Below, one piece after another: positions 62,620 through 64,000 of a DNA stretch of 64,000 bases. Source of the DNA: Chiloscyllium plagiosum. Taxonomy: Eukaryota. The position numbers and the translations under genes are program-made. The number at the start of each line of letters is the position of its first letter. Position 1 is the first letter of the stretch. The stretch lies in assembly GCF_004010195.1 (NCBI RefSeq), contig NC_057756.1, positions 3,566,785-3,630,784 on the forward strand, read 5' to 3'. The notes under the pieces were generated by a model. That model did not search any database. It saw only the letters and a list, made by a program, of their open reading frames with translations, and had not been told where the DNA came from.

Positions 62620-63060
62620 ACTACTTTTAATATATCATAGAAGGTTGAGAGATAACTTGATGAAATATTATACAATATTGAGTATAATAAATAGATTGAT
62701 AGCATTTGTTTTCCCTGAAAGTGCATTTCGGGGGCATATTTTGCAGGTGAGAAGAGAGAGATTTAAAATAAAGACATCAGAGTTACTTTGTTTTCAAGTT
62801 AAAGTGGCTTGAATGTGGAATGAACTTCGTACAGAAGTCATGGAAGCTGGTAATATTACAACCCGTAAAAAACATTTGCATGGATACATGAATTGAAAAG
62901 ATTTTCAGAGATATTGGTCAGAGGCAAGCAGGTGGCACTCGTTTGGTTTGAGACTATGTACGGCGTGGGTTGCATTCGCTTGGACCAGCAGGGTCTTTTT
63001 CATGCTGTGTTACTCAGTGATTCTATTTCTTTTTATGTGTTGATTCTATGTCAAACAAGT
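62620..63060 (+). mobile_element. CR1 3' end fragment
   Basis: agaaggttgagagataacttgatgaa...gggggcatattttgcaggtgag...tggaatgaactt...ttggaccagcagggtctttttcatgctg. Confidence 0.7.
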
Positions 63061-63789
63061 CATGTGTATAAATGTTAAATAACACTTTAGGGCACGATAG
63101 TAATCCTTATGGCATGCTTCTCCTATCGCACCAATGACACAATTATTTATTTTCTGATTTGGGTCAGATAGTCAATCATCTAATCACTAATCATGCAAAC
63201 ACAGTATCATTAGTGATAACTAACCAATAAAACATTGGATGTACAGAACTCTGTCTGAGAAATTATGGTCAGAATAATTCTTCTCTTGAAAGATCGAGAT
63301 CATTGTCATAATTCATTTCACCAGTACTCCATTATTCTACGAACTTTCTGGTATATGACATTAAAATATGTATTTAGCTCATTGATTCAAAGCTCCTGTG
63401 CATAAATGTAAAGTGGTATTTCTTCCACAGTAAATTTGAGAAAAATCTTTTCAGCACATGAGTTCAACCTTAGGTAATTTTCACATCAAACCATTGAAAT
63501 GCCTAAACAAATTAATGTTTTTATCTGCACAGAACAGAAATTGATAAATTTTAGAAACTGGAAAATTCATTCCGTACCAGTGTTTCTGCTGATGGAAATA
63601 AAAACAAAGAGTGTATGGATGATAAGGAATACACGCAGTTTTAAAGCCGCATTTAACAATTTGAAATGACCAACTGATGAACAGGACTCATTTGCAAAGT
63701 GAGGCACCATGAGACAAAAAATATGTTCAGCAGCAGATATTCTGAGAATAATGAAGGTCAGAACCTAAGACGTTCCTTCATTCTAAATA

Positions 63790-64000
63790 ATAATACTTCA
63801 ATTCAGTGCGCATCATGAAACACAGATAAGTAGCATAGAGTTGCAGCAGGTAACCATGAATGCTCGGGGAATGCTGATAATTATCTCAAGAGAATTGAAT
63901 GTGACCTGTGTCGAAGCATTACTGCAACTGTAAAAAAATGATGGAGACAGCACACCTCCAGCACTGTGAGCAATTTCGCTGACCTTCTTTTAGGAAAATC
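63790..64000 (+). mobile_element. CR1 C-terminal fragment running off the window
   Basis: ttatctcaagagaattgaat...actgcaactgtaaaaa...acacctccagcactgtgagcaattt (RPHLEYCVQFW-like). Confidence 0.55.

Noticed and set aside
61672..63473. Other short AG...GT segments (19 nt at 61672 and 63455; also 19 nt at 49469)
   Set aside because: Not multiples of 3, weak splice context and no heptad pattern. Treated as background.
1..64000. Prokaryotic features (CRISPR arrays, operons, rRNA or tRNA genes)
   Set aside because: The sequence is vertebrate intronic and repeat DNA. The tRNA-like boxes belong to SINE heads and no regularly spaced repeat-spacer array was seen.

Overview
This is eukaryotic, AT-rich, repeat-dense vertebrate DNA. 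Its repeat complement (HE1-type tRNA SINEs, many CR1 LINEs with esterase-type ORF1, Rex1/Babar LINEs, Penelope elements, a Gmr1-type Gypsy element) points to a cartilaginous fish, most likely a shark. About half of the window is decayed and often nested retroelements, and almost all ORFs in the ORF track are transposon fragments or noise. The main non-repeat signal is invisible to the ORF track: at least 11 isolated 21-nt microexons on the + strand between 16526 and 60930. Each has a pyrimidine-rich AG acceptor and a GT donor, and all are stop-free together only in intron phase 1. Spliced, they encode an uninterrupted heptad repeat ((A)LIKCEA-EKHKLIG-ENQRFSH-ELQTCQR-ELEHCRK-ELANLQK-EPSNLKY-ELAKCKV-ELTHCQA-ELKILRN-NVANYPQ), a Cys-containing coiled coil built one heptad per exon. 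This architecture is known from butyrophilin and chicken BG genes. No intact Ig, transmembrane or B30.2 exon was found, so the gene identity is inference. Penelope-associated minimal hammerhead ribozyme motifs are also present. All calls were made by eye, boundaries of old repeats are approximate, and no database searches were run.
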